A stretch of DNA of 64,000 bases from Heptranchias perlo (Eukaryota): positions 114,142,001 through 114,206,000 of the forward strand of contig NC_090327.1 of NCBI RefSeq assembly GCF_035084215.1, read 5' to 3'. A program made the translations under genes and the position numbers. Of this stretch, positions 61,624 to 64,000 are shown piece by piece (position 1 is the first letter of the stretch; every line of letters begins with the position of its first letter). A model generated the notes under the pieces. It did not search any database. It worked only from the letters and a program-made list of their open reading frames with translations, and had not been told where the DNA came from.

Positions 61624-62765
61624 AATGACCCAAACAATGACATTGACAAAGACTTGGAACGAGGTTGAAGGAAAATTTTTTTTTTAAATTCAGGCACTGA
61701 AATTAAAAGCTATCAATTTTAGCCGTAAGTGGAACTTAATCTTACAGAAATAATATAAACCATGATTTTTACATGGCAGTGAATGAAAACGGATTTAAAA
61801 AAAAAATTTCAAGCAGGATTTATTTGTTGAGACTCAAATCTAGTGGTCTCCATGGTATGCGCTCTTTTAATTGTTAAGTCGCAGGCATCTTTTCCCAAAT
61901 CCAGCAGTTAAACTATATGTTTTTGCATTATTAATATGATTTATTTTCTTGACAGTTTTATATAAACAAATCCTACTATTTGCAACAAATATTTTGTTGA
62001 AATTTTAAGCTCCATACACAAGAAGCAAATTATTTTTTGATTCTTCATAAAATAAAAACAGTGCATGAAGTACAATTATTTTTGAAAAAAAAATGTTGGA
62101 ATTTTGGGACAGGATTAGCAGCTGTTATGAAAGACTGCTTTTTGCAATTGATGTACACGGTGCAATAAAATGTATCAGTGAGTCTTCCCCAATGAAACAC
62201 AACCAAAAGGAGATACTGTGCTGCACTTTTAAGTTCCCAATACCAGATGTGACTGAGATCACAGATGTCAAATATTCTTTGAAGTTACAGGTGTTTTTCA
62301 CAATCTGGAACAGACAGTTCCTTTAAAAATCGCTATGCTTGTTTACGAAAGATTAAATGAACCCCACTTCGTTAAAACTGGATCAATGAAATCTCTCAAA
62401 TTTTCCAATCTTTTTCCTTCGCTTTGACTTCAACTTTTTATGTCTTTGCTTGTCTAGAAAATACACGGAACAAAAAAAATAAAAATAGGTTGCCTAAAAT
62501 GACAGGATTAACTTTCAATTAACACGATAAAGCAATTTCTGCTTCTTCATTCTTCTCGCAAAGCTTCAGAGGACCAAAAATTTAGTGTTGTCACTAACAA
62601 CATTGAGAGCACCTTCAAAGCAACATGGTGAAACCTGTACTTGAATAATTCTAACAATACTGTTGGGGTCATCAAGAATTATGGTAACGAGTTTTATTGA
62701 AGAGAATCAAACAATAAAAGGACGTTGAAAATCTTAACTTGTAAGATTACACTGTCTTACAACAT

Positions 62766-64000
62766 GGGCCCGATATTAGGAGGGCGGTGGGTTCGCAGCG
62801 GGGGGTCGACTGGGTGCGTGAGAAACGCAATCGCAGGCTAATTGAAGCCACTTACCTTTGCTTCCGGGTTTCACGCTGGAAAGCTGCGCAGCATAGGGTG
62901 TCAGCTGGAGGAGCCCTATTTAAAGGGGCAGTCCTTCACTGACTGACGTTGCAGAAAATAGGAAAAATTACAGCATGGAGCAGCCCGGGGGAAGGCTACT
63001 CCCAGGTTTAATGATGCCTCACTCCAGATCTTATTGGATGGGGTGAGGAGGAGGAGGGGGAGGACAGAAATCTTCCCCCCGGCAGGCGGAAGTGGTCTGC
63101 CTCTGCCACCAAGAAGGCTGGCTCGAGGTGGCAGAGGAGGTCACCTGCACCACCGACATATCACGCACCTGCATACAGTGCAGGAGGCGCTTCAATGACC
63201 TAAGTAGGTCAGCCGAAGTGAGTACACGTACTCATTCCCCTACACTACGTCTGCCACATCACCGCCCCCACCCCACATCTCCTTCTGCACTGCCAACACT
63301 ACTCAATCACATCACTCCTCACACCCGCTCAAAGCTCATCCTCATCTTACCTGCACTTACTCACCTCGCCAGTACTCATCCCGCCACTACCACTCAACCC
63401 AATCCTCATACAATCTCATGGCTCTATCTCATACTCACCCTCTCATGCATCTCTTTCACGGTCAGCCTCACTCAACCTGCCACTACCTCTGCAGCCACAG
63501 GGCATGCATCACATATGTGCAGTAGGAAGCGTAAGGCAAATGTGTCGTGAGCACGAAGGGGATGCACAAGGGTGTTTGAGGTCACTGCAGAGTGGGTGTA
63601 GGTGCATTTGCAGGGCTCTTTTGTGCAGACGACTGAGAGACGTCAGCGATGTCCCCGGTGGCACCCTGGAAGGATGCGGAGGAAAAGTTGTTGAAGGCAG
63701 TGGTGACTTTGACAGTGACAGGTAAGAAGATGGTGCTCGGGCCATCCTCCGTGTGCACTGCTGCTCAGAGAGGTCCAGGAAGCTGAGCCTTGGTCTGTAG
63801 ACCCTGTGGCGAGGATAGTGCCTTCTGCGACGCATCTCTCTCTGCCGTTGCCCTTCCTCCTGCTGTGCAGGTGGATGTGTCACAGCACTGTGTTGTGGGG
63901 CTCCACGTGTCAGAGGTGGACGGCGTGGCTGGCGAGGCTTTTGATGCTGTTCGTTCTCCGAGGAGGTCATGGCTGCAGCTACGGCGGCCCCCATCCGGAA
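62766..64000. mobile_element. Third Harbinger element, multiply deleted, running off the window end
   Basis: Left end GGGCCCGATATT; TATTTAAA at 62917; Myb exon 1 (ATG 62975 to donor 63217, RTCIQCRRRFNDLSRSA); jump to the Myb C-terminus at about 63470-63550; transposase N-terminus on the minus strand (RRRHYPRHRVYRPRLSFLDLSEQQC) at 63600-63994. Confidence 0.9.

Overview
Eukaryotic, AT-rich, repeat-dense intronic or intergenic DNA. The repeat repertoire (CR1 LINEs, Deu-domain tRNA-SINEs, L2 tails, Penelope-like GIY-YIG elements, PIF/Harbinger transposons) points to a cartilaginous fish (shark); this assignment is inference. I could not recognise any host protein-coding gene, and nearly all long ORFs are transposon-derived. 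The main organised system is a Harbinger family. It comprises a full-length 4.2-kb two-gene element (19192-23379: spliced Myb/SANT gene with an 11-aa repeat expansion, plus a convergent DDE transposase, both pseudogenised), two internally deleted relatives and several MITEs that share GGG-N3-RATTTT termini, 3-bp TSDs and a subterminal AAACCYGGAA motif. Other notable items are Penelope-like fold-back structures with minimal hammerhead-ribozyme motifs (including a 231-bp palindromic insert with a perfect 12-bp TSD), LF-SINE-like copies, an unexplained 262-bp direct duplication, a CTCF-like site and several enhancer-like unique blocks. Most repeat boundaries are approximate unless a TIR or TSD is quoted.
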